DNA of 64,000 nt from Chiloscyllium plagiosum (GCF_004010195.1 NC_057719.1:79097678-79161677), one strand, 5' to 3'; shown: positions 24,168 to 37,859, counted from the first letter of the stretch. Translations and numbers: made by a program. The notes: generated from the letters alone by a model not told the origin.

Positions 24168-24500
24168 GGTGAGCGAGAGAGAGCGAGAGAGAGCGAGAGA
24201 GAGCGAGAGAGAGCGAGAGAGAGCGAGAGAGAGCGAGAGTGAGCGAGCGAGAGTGAGCGAGCGAGAGTGAGTGAGTGAGAGTGAGTGAGTGAGCGAGAGT
24301 GAGTGAGCGAGTGAGTGAATGAGTGAGCAAGAGTGAGCGAGAGTGAGTGAATGAGTGAGCGAGAGCAAGAGTGAGTGAGTGAGCGAGTGAGTGAGTGAGT
24401 GAGCAAGAGTGAGTGAGTGAGCGAGAGCGAGAGAGAAAGCGAGCGAGAGAAAGCATGCGAGAAAAAGAGAGCAAGAGAGAAGAGAGAGAGCGAGTGAGAG
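24168..24500. repeat. Compound (GAGCGAGAGA)n/(GAGT)n microsatellite
   Basis: Directly visible. Confidence 0.95.
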
Positions 24501-25489
24501 AAATTGAGCTCAATTAGTAATGTACCATGGGCAACCATGGTCTTCTGGAGATTTACTTGATCGCCCATTCAGGGGGTCGGGGAGGAATTTTCCAAAGCAT
24601 TTCCTACAATTGGCCAAAAGGGTTTTGCTGTGGTTTTTCGCCTCCCCCAGATATTGCCATTACTAAATGACCTCGGCTGATAGGTGAAGTTGAGAGGCCA
24701 GGAGTAGCTTTTGAGTTATTTTCAGTTGATGCATCTGCGATTTGAGTCACTGGGGAATGAACGACACGTTCATTTCTCAGCCACAGCTTATCTGCAACGT
24801 AATTTTAATGCATCAAATATAAAACAAATATAAATTAAATAAGTCTAAGAGCTAAGGTTGAGAACTTAACAAAACTAAAACATAAACTAAAAATCTAACC
24901 AAATAAAGTTGATCAAAATTAAGCTACAGCTTTGTTGTTTGTGTCTTTTTTTTTTGGCCTCTTCTGTGCTTGTCAGTTCTCTGCACCTCTGAGTTATCTG
25001 GGCACACACAGGTACATAAACACTGGTGTCACAGTGCAGGCAATCTGAGCAGTGCAGGCAATGAGGGAAAACCTCCAAACTGTGTGAGAGCTCTCCACCA
25101 AAGCAAATCAGGTCAGGATGGCATGAGAAAAACAAGATAAAATTGAATGATCTCCTCCAGATAGCCGTCATTCACTGAAATGGCTCATGCATTGGCTCTT
25201 AATTAGCGCAAAATGTCCATTATGGTGATGGTGTTGAAGTTGGAGGATTGTGAAGACCTTCAAGGATCGTGAAGAGGCTCAAAAACAATCACATTTCCTC
25301 TTAAGGCCCCATTTTTTTAAAAAAACTGCATTTTGTTTGAGAGATAACATACCTTTGTGTAAACTCTCCAAAAAATGATCAACTGAGCCAACAGCCAAGG
25401 TCCAGCAATTAGACCATAAAACGTTGGAGCAGAAATTAGGCTATTCAGCCGTTAGAGTCTGCTCCACCATTCAATCATGGCTGATAAGT

Positions 25490-27688
25490 CTCAGTCAAGG
25501 AGTGTGGTGCTGGAAAAGCACAGGCAGCATACGAGGAGCAGGAGAATCGATGTTTCCGGCATAAGCTCTTCATCAGGAATGAGGCTTGTGGGCCAAGGGG
25601 GCCGAGAGATGAACAGGAGTTGGGGGTGAGACTGGGGGAAGGCAGCTGGGAACGCGATAGGTAGATGAAGTTGGGGGTGGTAATGGTGATAGGTCGGAGA
25701 GGAGCGTGGAACTGATAAGTGAGCGTTCCGCAAGTAGGCAGATGCATCGCATCATCCTCCACCATTTCCGCCACTTACAAACAGATCCCACCACTAGGGA
25801 TATATTTTCCTCCCCACCCCTAGACAGGACACCAACTTGCAGATCGTTTCAGAGAACATCTCAGGCACACCCACACTAACCAACCCCACCGCCCTGTGGC
25901 AGAACACTTCAACTCCGCCAAGGACATACAGGTCCTGGGCATTCTCCATCGTCAAACCCTAACCACCCAATGCCTGAAGGAAAAACACCTCATCTTCCGC
26001 TTTGGGACCTTCCAAACACATGGAACCAATGTGGATTTCATCAGTTACCCCATTTTCCCCCTGTCCCACCGTATCCCAGTCCCAACAAAGAACAAGGAGC
26101 AAAGAAAATTTACAGCCCAGGAACAGGCCCTTCGGCCCTCCAAGCCTGAGCCAATCTAAATCTACTGTGTAAACCTGTCACCAATTCCTAAGCATCTGTA
26201 TCCCTCTGCTCCCCACCTATTCATGCATCTGTCCAGATGCATTTTAAATGAATCTACCGTGTCTGCCTCTACTACCTCTGCTAGCAACGCGTTCCAGGCA
26301 CCTACCACCCTCTGAGTAAAGTACGTGATGTGTGTATCCCCCTTAAAACTTTCACCTCTCACCTTGAAAGCGTGACCTCTTGTCATTGAATCCTTCACCC
26401 TAGGAAAAAGCTTATCTCTATCTACCCTGTCTATACCCTTCATGGTTTTGTAGACCTCAGTCAGGTTCCCCCTTAATCTCCTTTTCTCTAATGAAAACAA
26501 ACCTAACCTACTCAACCTCTCTTCACAGCTAGCACCTTCCATACCAGGCAACATCCTCGTAAACCTTCTCTGCACCCTCTCCAAAGCATCCACATCCTTT
26601 TGGTAATGTGGCGACCAGAACTGTACACAGTATTCTAAATGCAGCTGAACCAATGTTGTATACAATTTTAACATGACCTGCCAGCTCTTATACTCAATAT
26701 CCCATCCAATGAAGGCAAGCATACCATATACCTTCTTAACTACTCTATCCACCTGTGCAGCAACCTTCAGGGTACAATGGACCTGCACTCCCAGATCTCT
26801 CTGCTCATCAACTTTTCCCAAGGCTCTTCCATTTGCTGTACAATTCGATCTAGAATTAGACTTCCCAAAATGCATCAACTCACATTTGCCTGGATTGAAC
26901 TCCATCTGTCACTTCTCCGCCCAACTCTCCAGTCTATCTATATTCTCCTGTATTCTCTGACAGTCCCCTATGCTTTCTGCTACTCCATCAATCTTTGTGT
27001 CATCTGCCAACTTGCTGATCATACTAACAGTGCTCTCTTCCAGATCATTTATGTATATTACAAACAACAATGGCCCCAACACTGTTCCCTGTGGAACACC
27101 ACTGGTCACCTTTCTCCATTTCAAGAAACTCCCTTCAACTACTGCTCTCTGTCTCCTGTTGCTCAACCAGTTGTCTATCCACCTAGCTAGAACACCCTGC
27201 AACCATGTGACTTCACTTTCTCTAATGATAAACCTTATCAAACACCTTACTAAAGTCCATGTATATGACATCTACAGTCCTTCCTTCATCTATCAACTTG
27301 GTCTCTTCCTCAAAGAACTCTATTAAGTTGGTAAGGCACGATCTCCCCTGCACAAAACCATGTTGCCTATCACTAATAAGCCCATTCTCTTCCAAATATA
27401 AATAGATTTTATCCCTCATTACCTTGTCCAGCAACTTGCCCACCACTGACGTCAGGCTCACTGGTCTGTAGTTACCCGGAATATCTTCCAACTTGACACC
27501 ACCCTCTTGCCCCCCCTCCCCAATTATCTCTCAGCCCCCTTGGCGCACAAGCCTCATTTCTGATGAAGGGCTTATGCCAAAAATTTCATATCTCTTGGTC
27601 CTCGGATGCTGCCTGACCTCCTGTGCTTTTCCAGCACCACACTCTTTGACTCTGATCTCCAACGTCTGCAAACCTCACTTTCTCCTCC
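25490..27688. mobile_element. Penelope-like element (inverted end plus GIY-YIG 3' part) inserted in a CR1 3' end
   Basis: RFREHL and AEHFNS..LGILHRQ..EKHLIFRFGTFQTHG; TSD ctgataagt at 25481-25489 and 27689-27697. Confidence 0.8.
26086..27487 (-). mobile_element. CR1 LINE, 5'-truncated, RT to 3' tail
   Basis: GNYRPVSLTSVVGK, YMDFSKVFDKV, SGVPQGTVLGPLLF, KLADDTK; 247-aa C-terminal ORF. Confidence 0.95.
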
Positions 27689-28569
27689 CTGATAAGTTTC
27701 TCAACTCCATTCTCGCGCTTACTCCCGTAACCCTTGATCCCCTTGATATTCAAGAACCTATCTATCTCAGTCCTAAATATACTCAATGACATGACCTCCC
27801 CAGCCTTCTGTGGTAATGAATTAAATTCTGAGTATTTGGAGCAGATTGGCAATTGGAGTTACAATATCAACTTGGAGGGTACAGAAAGGCCAAAGGGCAA
27901 TCAGAACTAGACTTGAAGATGTTCAAATCAGTCATGCTCTTACTAAATGATGAAACAATCTCTATGAGCCAAATGACTTATTTCTGCTCCCACCTCTTAA
28001 GGACTACAGTCTCACTGGGAATTGAATCTGCCAGGTTACAAGGTCTACAGGGCACATAAGCTATCAAATAGCATTAATGATTGAGGATGAAAATAATTCT
28101 ATCAGGTGATGTAACAAGAGCTAGGAAGTTATTGGAGACTTTGTCAGTAGAATTAGGAAATGGAAATGGAGACTACAATGGCAGCTGTCTATAAGGCTCA
28201 CTGGGAACAGATGTGAATGCTGTCCTGCAGAGATTAAACAATGCAGTGATGGCAGAATAGTTTAAATGGGAGATTTTAACTACCAGATTAGGACAGAAAA
28301 GCAACCTCGTGTCAAAAAGCTCAATTTTATTTCATGTGTTCAAAACAATAACAGGGTGCCAGAGCACACCCTGGACCACATTAGATTTGGAAATGGCTAA
28401 TGAATCAAGTTTAGTTAACAGTCTCATGGTTTATGGACATTTAATAAACATTGTGTTTGAAATAGAGAAACATTAAGCAGTTATTAAGTTTCTACATGAA
28501 AACCAAAAGAACTGCAGATGCAAGGGAACTGCAAAATCAGAGTTAACATTTTCCATGACTGGCAATTCT

Positions 28570-30490
28570 ATACAACATAGAACATTACAGAACAGTACAG
28601 GCCCTTCAGCCCTCCATGTTGCGCCAATCTGTGAAACCAACCTGAAGCCCATTTAACCGACACTATTTCATTTTCATCCATATATTTATCCAATGACCAT
28701 TTAAATGCCCTTAAAGTTGACAAGTCTACTACTGTTGCAGGCAGTGCAATCCATGCCTCTACTATTCTGAGTAAAGTACCTACTCCTGACATCTGTCCTA
28801 TATCTATCACCCCTCAATTTAAAGCTATGTCCCCTTGTGCTAGCCATCGCCATCCGAGGAAAAAGCCTCTCCATGTCCACCCTATCTAACCCTCTGATTA
28901 TCTTATATGTCTCAATTAAGTCACCTCTCAACCTTCTGTCTAAGAAAAACAGCCTCAAGTCCCTCAGTCTTTCCTTCTAAGACCTTCCCTCCATACCAGA
29001 CGACATCTTAGTAAATCTCTTCTGAATCCTTTTCAAAGCTTCCACATCCTTCCTATAATGTGGTGACCAGAACTGTATGAAATACTGCTGTGGTTCTGTT
29101 CGCCGAGCTGGAAGTTTTTGTTGCAAACGTTTCGACCCCTGTCTAGGTGATATCCTCAGTGCTTGGGAGCCTCCTGTGAAGCGCTTCTGTGATGTTTCCT
29201 CCGGCATTTATAGTGGCCTGTCTCTGCCGCTTCCGGTTGTCAGTTCCAGCTGTCCGCTGTAGTGGCCGGTATATTGGGTCCAGGTCTATGTGTTTGTTGA
29301 TGGAGTTTGTGGATGAGTGCCATGCTTCTAGGAATTCCCTGGCTGTTCTTTGTTTCTCTTGCCCTATAATGGTAGCGTTGTCCCAGTCAAATACTCCAAG
29401 TGTAGCCACACCAGAGTTTTGTACAGCTGCAGCATGATCTCATGGCCCCAAAACTCAATCCCTCTACCAATAAAAGCTAACACACTGTATGCCTTCTTAA
29501 CAATCCTATCAACCTGGGTGGCAACTTTCAGGAATCTATGTACATGGACACTGAGATCTCTCTGCTCATCTACACTACCAAGAATCTTACCATTAGCTCA
29601 GTACTCTGTGTTCCTGTGACTTCTTCCAAAATGGATCACACCACGCTTTTCCACATCAAACTCCATTTGCCACCTCTCAGCACAGCTCTGCAGCTTATCT
29701 ATGCCTCTCTGTAACCTACAACATCATTCGTCACTATCCACAACTCTACCAACCTTAATGTGATCTGCAAATTTACTAACTCATCCTTCTATGCCGTCAT
29801 CCTGGTCATTTATAAAAATGATAAACAGCAGCGGCTCCAAAGCAAATCCTTGCGGTATACCACTAGTAACTGAACTCCAGAATGAATATTTTCCATCAAC
29901 CACTATCTGTCTTCCTTCAGCTAGCCAATTTCTGATCCAAACCGCCAAATTACCCTCAATCTCATACCTTTGTATTTTCATCAATAGCCTATCGTGGGGA
30001 ACCTTATCAAACGCCTTACTGAAATCCATGTACACCACATCAACCGCTTTACCTCATCCACCTATTTGGTCACCTTCTCAAAGAACTCAATAAGGTTTGT
30101 GAGGCACCACCTACCCTTCACAAAACCGTGCTGACTATCCCTAATGAACTTATTACTATCTAGATGATTATAAATCCTATCTCTTATTACCTTTTCCAAC
30201 ACTTTACCCACAACCGAAGTAAGGTTCGCTGGTCTATAATTACCAGGATTGTTCCTACTCCCCTTCTTGAACAAGGCGACAACATTTAGAGTTATAGAGT
30301 CATAGAGATGTACAGCATGGAAACAGACCCTTTGGTCAAACCTGTCCATGCTGACCAGATATCCCAACCCAATCTAGTCCCACCTGCCAGCACCCGGCCC
30401 CCCCTCATAATTTTGTAAACCTCTATAAGGTCACCCCTCAGCCTCCGATGCTCCAGGGAAAATAGCCCCAGCCTGTTCATCCTCTCCCTA
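28570..30490 (-). mobile_element. CR1 LINE RT to 3' end, with nested Penelope and a second CR1 tail
   Basis: [38 protein letters not shown]. Confidence 0.9.
29087..29388 (-). mobile_element. Penelope (Poseidon-type) 3' end
   Basis: FDWDNATII..REFLEAWHS; hammerhead-like ctgaggat..gaaacg; TSD aaatact at 29080-29086 and 29389-29395. Confidence 0.85.
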
Positions 30491-31809
30491 TAGCTATCCT
30501 AAGTTCTGAGGAAGGGTCACTGGACCCAAAACACTAACTCTTATTTCTCTCCACAGATTGCTGCCAGACCTGCTGAGCTTATCCAGCAATTTCCGTTTTG
30601 GTTAAGATTGTAAATTTGGATAAAGTCAAGGACAACATGGAAAGATAGTCTACAATAAACTGGGAAAATCACATGGAAAATGGCAAGATCCATAGGAGAA
30701 GCAATTCAAAAATAATGTGAAATGAGAATATATATGTGCATGTCATTAAAGATGACAGCACAATTTGGTAGAGTAGTTAATAAAGCATACAACATCATTC
30801 GTCAGCCATGGCTTTTCTGCAGCTTTCATGAATGACATATAAAGAGGCTGAGGACCAAGGTTAAGAACTAAATACAAAACTAATCTAAAAATCTAATCAA
30901 GTAAATTTGCACAAAATTAAATTACAGCTTTGCTGTGTGTGTCTTTTTTTCTCTTCGATGCTTGGCAGTTTTCTGAATTAGATTCCTCACTTACTTAGAC
31001 TACTATCTGGCCACACACAGGTACATAAACATAAGTAAACAAGTTGTGAGGCTTTTGGAGTTTTTTTTAAGTTGGAATAATAGAAGCAGCCTGGCTTCTA
31101 TTATTCCAATCACAAAATCACAAAAGAAGCAAAAATGTTTTGAAATATTTTCATGCAACAAGATGGCAGGATCTGTAATGCATTGCCAGAGAATGTAGTG
31201 GAGGCAGAGTCAATGAAATTATTTAAAAGGGAGCTGGACTATTACCTGAAAAGGAAGAATGTGCAGAGTTATGGGGAGAAAGCCATAGAATATTCCTGTG
31301 GATTGGTGTCACTTAGCTTGGATGGCTGTTTTGCATCACATGGTGATGCCAACAACATGGGTTCAACTCCCAAACCACTAAGATTTCCATGGAAGTTCCT
31401 TCCTCTCAACCTCTCCCCTTGCCTGAGAAGTGGGGACCCGCTGGTTAAACCATCACTGGTTGTCTCTCTCTCTAATGACAGCAATCCTTTGAAACTAGGT
31501 TGACTTCACACTATGGATGCTCATTTGGAGAGCTAGTGTGATTCTCAATAGAGAATGAACTTATCTCCCTAAATTGCCGTGGTCCATTACCAAAGAGGTA
31601 AAGAACATCAAGATGAAAGAAAATAATGCAAAACATCACTGATCTGAGTAATATATTGTCAATTTCACTGCATCTATTTAGATGATACAAGCAAGAGGAA
31701 AAGATTCAAGTTTGGTGATAATACTGGGATAAGCAATGTTGAAGATAGTGAAGATTAGAGCATTAATTTCAAAGAGATGTGAATAGATTAATCGCCAGGA
31801 CAAATCTGG

Positions 31810-32295
31810 AGGCTCAGAAAAGATTTATAAGGATGTTGCCAAGGTTGGAGGGTTTGAGCTATAGATAGAGGCTGAATAGGCTAGGGCTGTGTTCCCTGGA
31901 GCATAAGAGACCTTATAGAGGTTTATAAAATCATGAGGGGCATGGATAGGATAAATAGACAAGGTCTTTTCCCTGGAGTGGGGAGTCCAGAACTAGAGGG
32001 CAGGAGTTTAGGGTGAAAGAGGAAAAATTTATATGAGGCCTAAGGGGCAACCTTTTCTCACAGAGGATGGCGCATGTAGAATGAGCTGCCAGAGGAAGTT
32101 GTGGAGGCTGGCACAATTATAGTATTTAAAAGGCTTCTGGATGGGTATATGAATAGGAAAGGTTTAGAGGAATATGGACATAGTGCTGGCAAATGGGACT
32201 AGATTAGTTTAGGATATCTGGTCAGCATGGATGAACAAATTGGATCAATGGGTCTATTTCCATGCTGTACATCTCTATGACTTGATGGCTCTATG
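31810..32295 (+). mobile_element. CR1 LINE 3' end
   Basis: QKRFIRMLP..NELPEEV; ends ctgtacatctctatgac. Confidence 0.9.
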
Positions 32296-32390
32296 CACAG
32301 GGAAGACTGAAATCATCCAGTTTGGATAAAGGAAAAAGCTGTGAATGCTTTCTTAATCTAAGAAAATTGGAAAGAAGCAATGAAGATCTT

Positions 32391-32695
32391 GGTGGCACGG
32401 TTGCACAGTGGTTAGCACTGCTGCCTCACAGCACCAGAGACCTGGGTTCAATTCCTGCCTCAGGTGACTGACTGTGTAGAGTTTGCACGTGCACCCCGTG
32501 TCTGCGTGGGTTTCCTCCGGGTGCTCCGGTTTCCTCCCACAGTCCAAAGATGTGCAGGGTCAGGTGAATTGGCCATGCTAAATTGCCCGTAGTGTTAGGT
32601 AAGGGGTAAATGTACGGGTATGGGTGGGTTGCGGGTCGGTGTGGAATTGTTGGGCCGAAGGGCCTGTTTCCACGCTGTAATCTAATCTAATCTAA
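32391..32695 (+). mobile_element. HE1-type SINE, full length
   Basis: ggtggcacggttgcacagtgg A box, gggttcaattcc B box, V-like body, HER1-like tail and (taatc)n end. Confidence 0.9.
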
Positions 32696-33694
32696 AAAGA
32701 CATAGTGCTCCAAATGCATACATTTTTAAAATGCCTTGAAAATGCGTAGAAAATAATCATCCAACTAATGGAATGCTAACCTTGATATTAAACATAAATC
32801 TTTTCTTTCAGAGAGGTATTGTCAGTTCTGGTATTGCTCACCAGATATGCTGGCTGCAAAATATGATGAAGCGCTGCTAGCCTGTGAGTGGAATCGATCA
32901 ATTCATCCTACTGTTTTAAATCTTTTTAGTTTACATTTGGGAACATCCATGATTATGAAATTGTTAACTCACCAACAACATAGAATTACATGTGGTGTGG
33001 TTACAGCAGGGCAGGAGCCATTTGACTTATTGTGTCTGTGTTAGTTAGAGCAACATAGCTCATGTCACTCCCTGCCGTTTGCGTATAGCTCTGTAAAAGT
33101 GTTGCACTTTCCCTCTCTCTCTCTTTCTCTCTCTATCTCTCTCTCACTCTCTTCAGGTGCTTTTGCAGTTCCACTTTAACAACATAATTAAATCTGCCTC
33201 TCACCACTTTTCCAATTAGTGCATTCCAAATTCCTTTGCCATCCACTTTAAATCACTGTTCTCTATTTCTCTACGACTCCACTAGTGAAAACCTGTTCCT
33301 TCCAATCTACACTGTCCCGACACCCTATAATTAATCACCTCACCTTTACTGAATCTCCCCTTCAACCCTCTCTTCCCTACAGGCATTTCCCTATATAACT
33401 AGGGAATTAGAATACTTGAGGTTAAGAAGTCAAGACAAAATTTTACAAAGGCAAATCGGAAATTGTTGGAAAAGCTCAGCAGATCTGTCAGATGCTGTGT
33501 AGAGAAAGCAGAGTTAACATTACCGCCATCCTGGCTTTGATAAGGGGGGGGGAGACAGTCTATGAGTGTCCAGGTTATATGCCTGGGGCTCAGAAGGTAA
33601 AGTTGGGAAATGAGCCATTAAATAAAAGGGTTGAGTGGGAACGTGGGATTGATCAAAGCTGATGGGGCTGAAACGGAGGGAAGTGAACATATGA

Positions 33695-34465
33695 GCTTCA
33701 TAGAAACATTAGAAGAAAGGAGCAGGAGTAGGCCATTTGGCCCCTCGAGCCTGTTGCCCTATTCAATATGATAATGGCTGATCATCCTAATCCTGGCCTC
33801 CCCCATATCCCTTGAGCCCTTGCATCACAAGATTATAAATACCTCCTTCCTGAAAGCACATGATGTTTTGGCATTAAACTACTTTCTGTGGTTGTGAATT
33901 CCACAGGCTCATCACTCTCTGGGTGAAGTAATTTCTCCTCATCTCAGTTGTAAAAGGTTTACCACTTATCATTAAACAATGACACCTGGTTCTGGCCCCT
34001 CTCACCTTCAGGAGTATCTTTTCTGCATCTATCCTGTCCAGTCCTATGTCCCTATGAGATCCTCCCTCGTTCTTCCAAACTCCAGAGAATACAATCCTAA
34101 GCCGACTGAATCACTCCTCCAACGGCAGTCCTGCCATCCCAGAATCAATTTGGTAAGTCTTCGCTGCACTCCCTCTATGGCAAGAACTTCCTTCCTCAGA
34201 TAAGGAGATAAGGAGAGTTGTGCACATTGTTCCAGGTTTGGCCTCACCAATGCCCTATACAATTGCTGTGCCACATCCTTGTTCCTGTACTTGAATCCAC
34301 CTTGTATAAGGGCCAACATACAGTTTCACTTCTTCAATACCTGCTGCACCTCTATGCTTACTTTCAGTGAAAAGTGTACTTGGGCGCCAGGTACAATTCC
34401 CCTGTCTTAATTTACAGCCATTAAGATAATAATCTACTTCTCTATTTTCACTACTAAAGTAACTA
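33695..34465 (-). mobile_element. CR1 LINE 3' fragment
   Basis: LYRALVRPNLEQCAQ..SPYLRKEVLAIEGVQRR. Confidence 0.85.
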
Positions 34466-34506
34466 ACCCCATTACGTAAAAAGGGACATGGAGAGAAAAC
34501 AAGCAG

Positions 34507-35151
34507 TGGTATGAAGATGTGGGTGAACTGTACCTTTAAGAAAGCTAAAAGCCAGCAGAACTACCTGACAGCACTAAGTGTTCTCAACAATATAGCATAT
34601 GGTCCAGCAGTTAGTGTAGCTGGTTGCCTGGAGACAAAAACAGATTTGAATCAGTTAAATTAAGTATATTGACAATCTTCAAAGCCATTGACACAATCGA
34701 ATGCTTTGGAGGTATACAATTAGGGAAAATTGAACAGTTAGGAGGAGAACTGCCATGCCACCAGCATGTAGAGACGGCCCAAAAAATAGCTCTCTTAAAG
34801 GTACCTTTATCGTTCAGTAACCTGTGAGACAGAAACCCCTAAGAAGAAGAAAAGAAGACCAAGGAAGATTTGACATCTGGTTGGTTTTGAAAACTTGAAT
34901 TTTTGGTAAATCTTAATTGGGATTTTATTGGATTAGTATAGTGGAATGGGAAGATAAAAGATAAGTTAGAGGAAGGAGTTGTAAATAGTTGTTAGTTAAT
35001 TATTCTCTGTTATACTTTAAGAAATAAAGTTGTTAATTTGTACTTTATATAGTTCTCAGTCTCTCGAATTTTCACAGATTACTGCATGGGATAAATATTT
35101 TCTGTGTTGCTGGTCTAAATTAAACAGGAGGGTTTATCCCATGCCGTAACA
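34507..35151 (+). mobile_element. Probable solo LTR
   Basis: TG...gtaaCA ends, AATAAA at ~35023, ~640 bp non-coding; imperfect 4-bp flanks gcag/ccag. Confidence 0.45.
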
Positions 35152-35954
35152 CCAGTTATAGACCAATGAGTCTGATGTCGGAGGTGGGGAAGATGCTTGA
35201 AACTTGAGTCCATTATCAAGCATTTTATAACAGAGTACTTTGAAAACAGAGGTAGAATCAACAACAGATAGCATGGATGTAACTTGTATAGTTGATCAGG
35301 TGAAGCCAGTAGATGTGGTTTACTTGGACTTTCAGAAGGCTTTTGACCAAGCCTCATGTAACAGATCAATGTGTAAAATCAAAGCATATCGGATTCGGGT
35401 AGTCTATTGAGATGGATAGAAAATTGATTAGCAGACAGGAAAAAAAGAATAAGCATAAATGAGACTTTATTTGAATGGCAGGCAGGGACTAGTGGGGTTC
35501 TGCAGGAATTCATGTTAAGACACCAGCTATTCACAATATACGTTAATGATTTAGATGAGGGAACTACAAGTAGTATTTCAAAATCTGCAGACGAATGCAA
35601 ATGGGTGAAAGGATGATTTTTGAGGAGGATGCAGAGATGTTGAAGTGTGGCTTGTACAGGCTAAGTGACTGGGTAAATGTATGGTAGATATTAAATAGTG
35701 CGGATAATTTTCCTCATCCTCCTCAAAGATCATCCTTCCACCCATTTGCTTTCATCTGCAGATTTTTATATACTACATGCAGTTGAGAATGTTGTGCTGG
35801 AGAAGCACAGCAGGTCAGGCAGCATCCAAGGAGCAGGAGAATCGATGTTTTGGGCATTGGCCCTTCATCAGGAATGGTCTCCTAGCACAAATACCTGCAG
35901 TACCCCACCATGACACCCCACAGTAGCCTCATAGTACTTTGGCTTGTCTTGCCT

Positions 35955-37130
35955 TTAAGTTCTTCTCTCTAATGAAAACAGCCTCAAGTCCCTCAGCTTT
36001 TCCTTGTAAGACCTTCCCTCCATACCAGGCAACATCCTAGTAAATCTCCTCTGAACCCTTTCCAAAACTTCCACAACCTTCCTATAATGTGGTGCCGGCA
36101 ACACTTCAAGTGTGGCTGCACCAGAGTATTGTACTCTGCAACATATCCTCATGGTTCTGAAACTCAATCCCTCTGCCAACAAAGACTAACACACCATATG
36201 CCTTCTTAACAACACTATCAACCTGGGTGGCAACTTTCAAGGATCTATGTACATGGACACTGAGATCTGTCTGCTCATCTATACTACCAAGAATCTTACC
36301 ATTAGGCCAGTACTCTGTGTTCCTGTTACTCCTTCCAAATTGAATCACCTCACACCTTTCCACACTAAACTCCATTTGCTATCTGTCAGCCCAGCTCTTC
36401 AGCTTATCTATGCCTCTCTGTAACCTACAACATCCTTCGTCACTATCCACAACTCTACTGACCTTAGTGTCATCAGCAAATTTACTAGCCCATCCTTCTA
36501 TGCCTTCATCCAGGATATTTATAAAAATGACAAACAGCAGTGGACCCAAAACTAGTGCGGTACCCCACTAGTAACTGAACTCCAGGATGGATATTTTCCA
36601 TCAACCACCACCCTCTTCCAGCTAGCCAATTTCTGATCCAAACCACTAAATCACCTTCAAATCCATGCCTGCCTATTTTGTGCTTTAACCTACTGTGGGA
36701 AGCCTTGTCAAACACCTTCCTGAGATCTATATACACCACATTGACAGCTTTACCTTCATCGACCTGTTTGTTCACCTTCTCAAAGAACTCAATAAGGTTT
36801 GTGAGGCATGACCTACCCTTCACAAAACAGTGTTGACTATCCCTAATCAACTTATTCCTTTCTAAATGATTATAAATCCTATCTCTTCTCACCTTTTTCA
36901 ACACTTTACCGACAACTAAAGTAAGGCTCACTGGTCTATAGTTTTCAGCATTGTCTCTCCTCTCCTTCTTGATCAAGGGGACAACATTTGCTATCCTCCA
37001 GTCTTCTGGCATTATTCCTGTAGACAATGACGACATAAAGATCAAAGCTAAAGGCTCAGAAATCTCCTCCCTGGCTTCCCAGAGTTTCCTAGGATAAATC
37101 CCATCCGGCCCAGGGGACTTATCTGTTTTT
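35955..37130 (-). mobile_element. CR1 LINE RT region
   Basis: PEDWRIANVVPLIKK, NYRPVSLT, CEVIQFGR. Confidence 0.9.
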
Positions 37131-37539
37131 TATATCTGCTGCTACCTGATATGTGCTGGCCTGTTCTGTACCGAGAAATGTATGTGCATGCGTGTGATGC
37201 CTCATGCCATTGAAGAACAGTAAACCATGTCTGGGTTGCTCCTGTGAAGGACACAATGGCATGGGTCGTGTGAACACAAGTCATATTTAACAGTGGGCAT
37301 TGCGTGCCAGGTTTGTGCTGCTGGGGGCAGACTGTTATTGACCATTGTGCTTGTGAATTGTAGATTTACCATAACCATTCCTATCAAGCCAGTGAGCTGG
37401 CATGGCCCATACAACATAATGTAGGAAACAAAGCACAAAAGGTGTGTCCAGCAAGTGCCCACAAGCAACAAGGTGAATGCAGCCAGAGAACTTGTTCTGG
37501 GTGGTGAGCTGACAGATGATTGTGGGCCTCGGACATCAG

Positions 37540-37845
37540 AGAATTCCAACAGTTTGGAAAGAGGTCATTCAGCCCATTGAGTCTACACTGATCCTCCGGG
37601 GAGCAACCCACCCAGCATCAGCCCCTGTAGCCCTGCATTTCCCATGGCTAATTCCCCTAGCCTGCACACGATGGGCAATTCAGCATGAGCAATCCACCTA
37701 ACCTGCACATCTTTGGACTGTGGGAGGAAACCGGAGCACCTGCAGGAGAATGTTCAAACTCCACGCAGACAGTCACCCAAGTGCGCACTCAAACCTGGGT
37801 CTCTAGCTTTGTAAGACAGCAGTGCTCATCACTGAGCCACCACGG
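37540..37845 (-). mobile_element. HE1-type SINE
   Basis: Reverse complement of the 32391 copy. Confidence 0.85.
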
Positions 37846-37859
37846 CACCTCAAAATAAC

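Noticed and set aside
23709..24568. Ser/Leu/His-rich ORFs
   Set aside because: Stop-free translations of microsatellites.
32391..32470. tRNA genes
   Set aside because: A/B boxes are SINE heads followed by SINE bodies; no proper cloverleaf.
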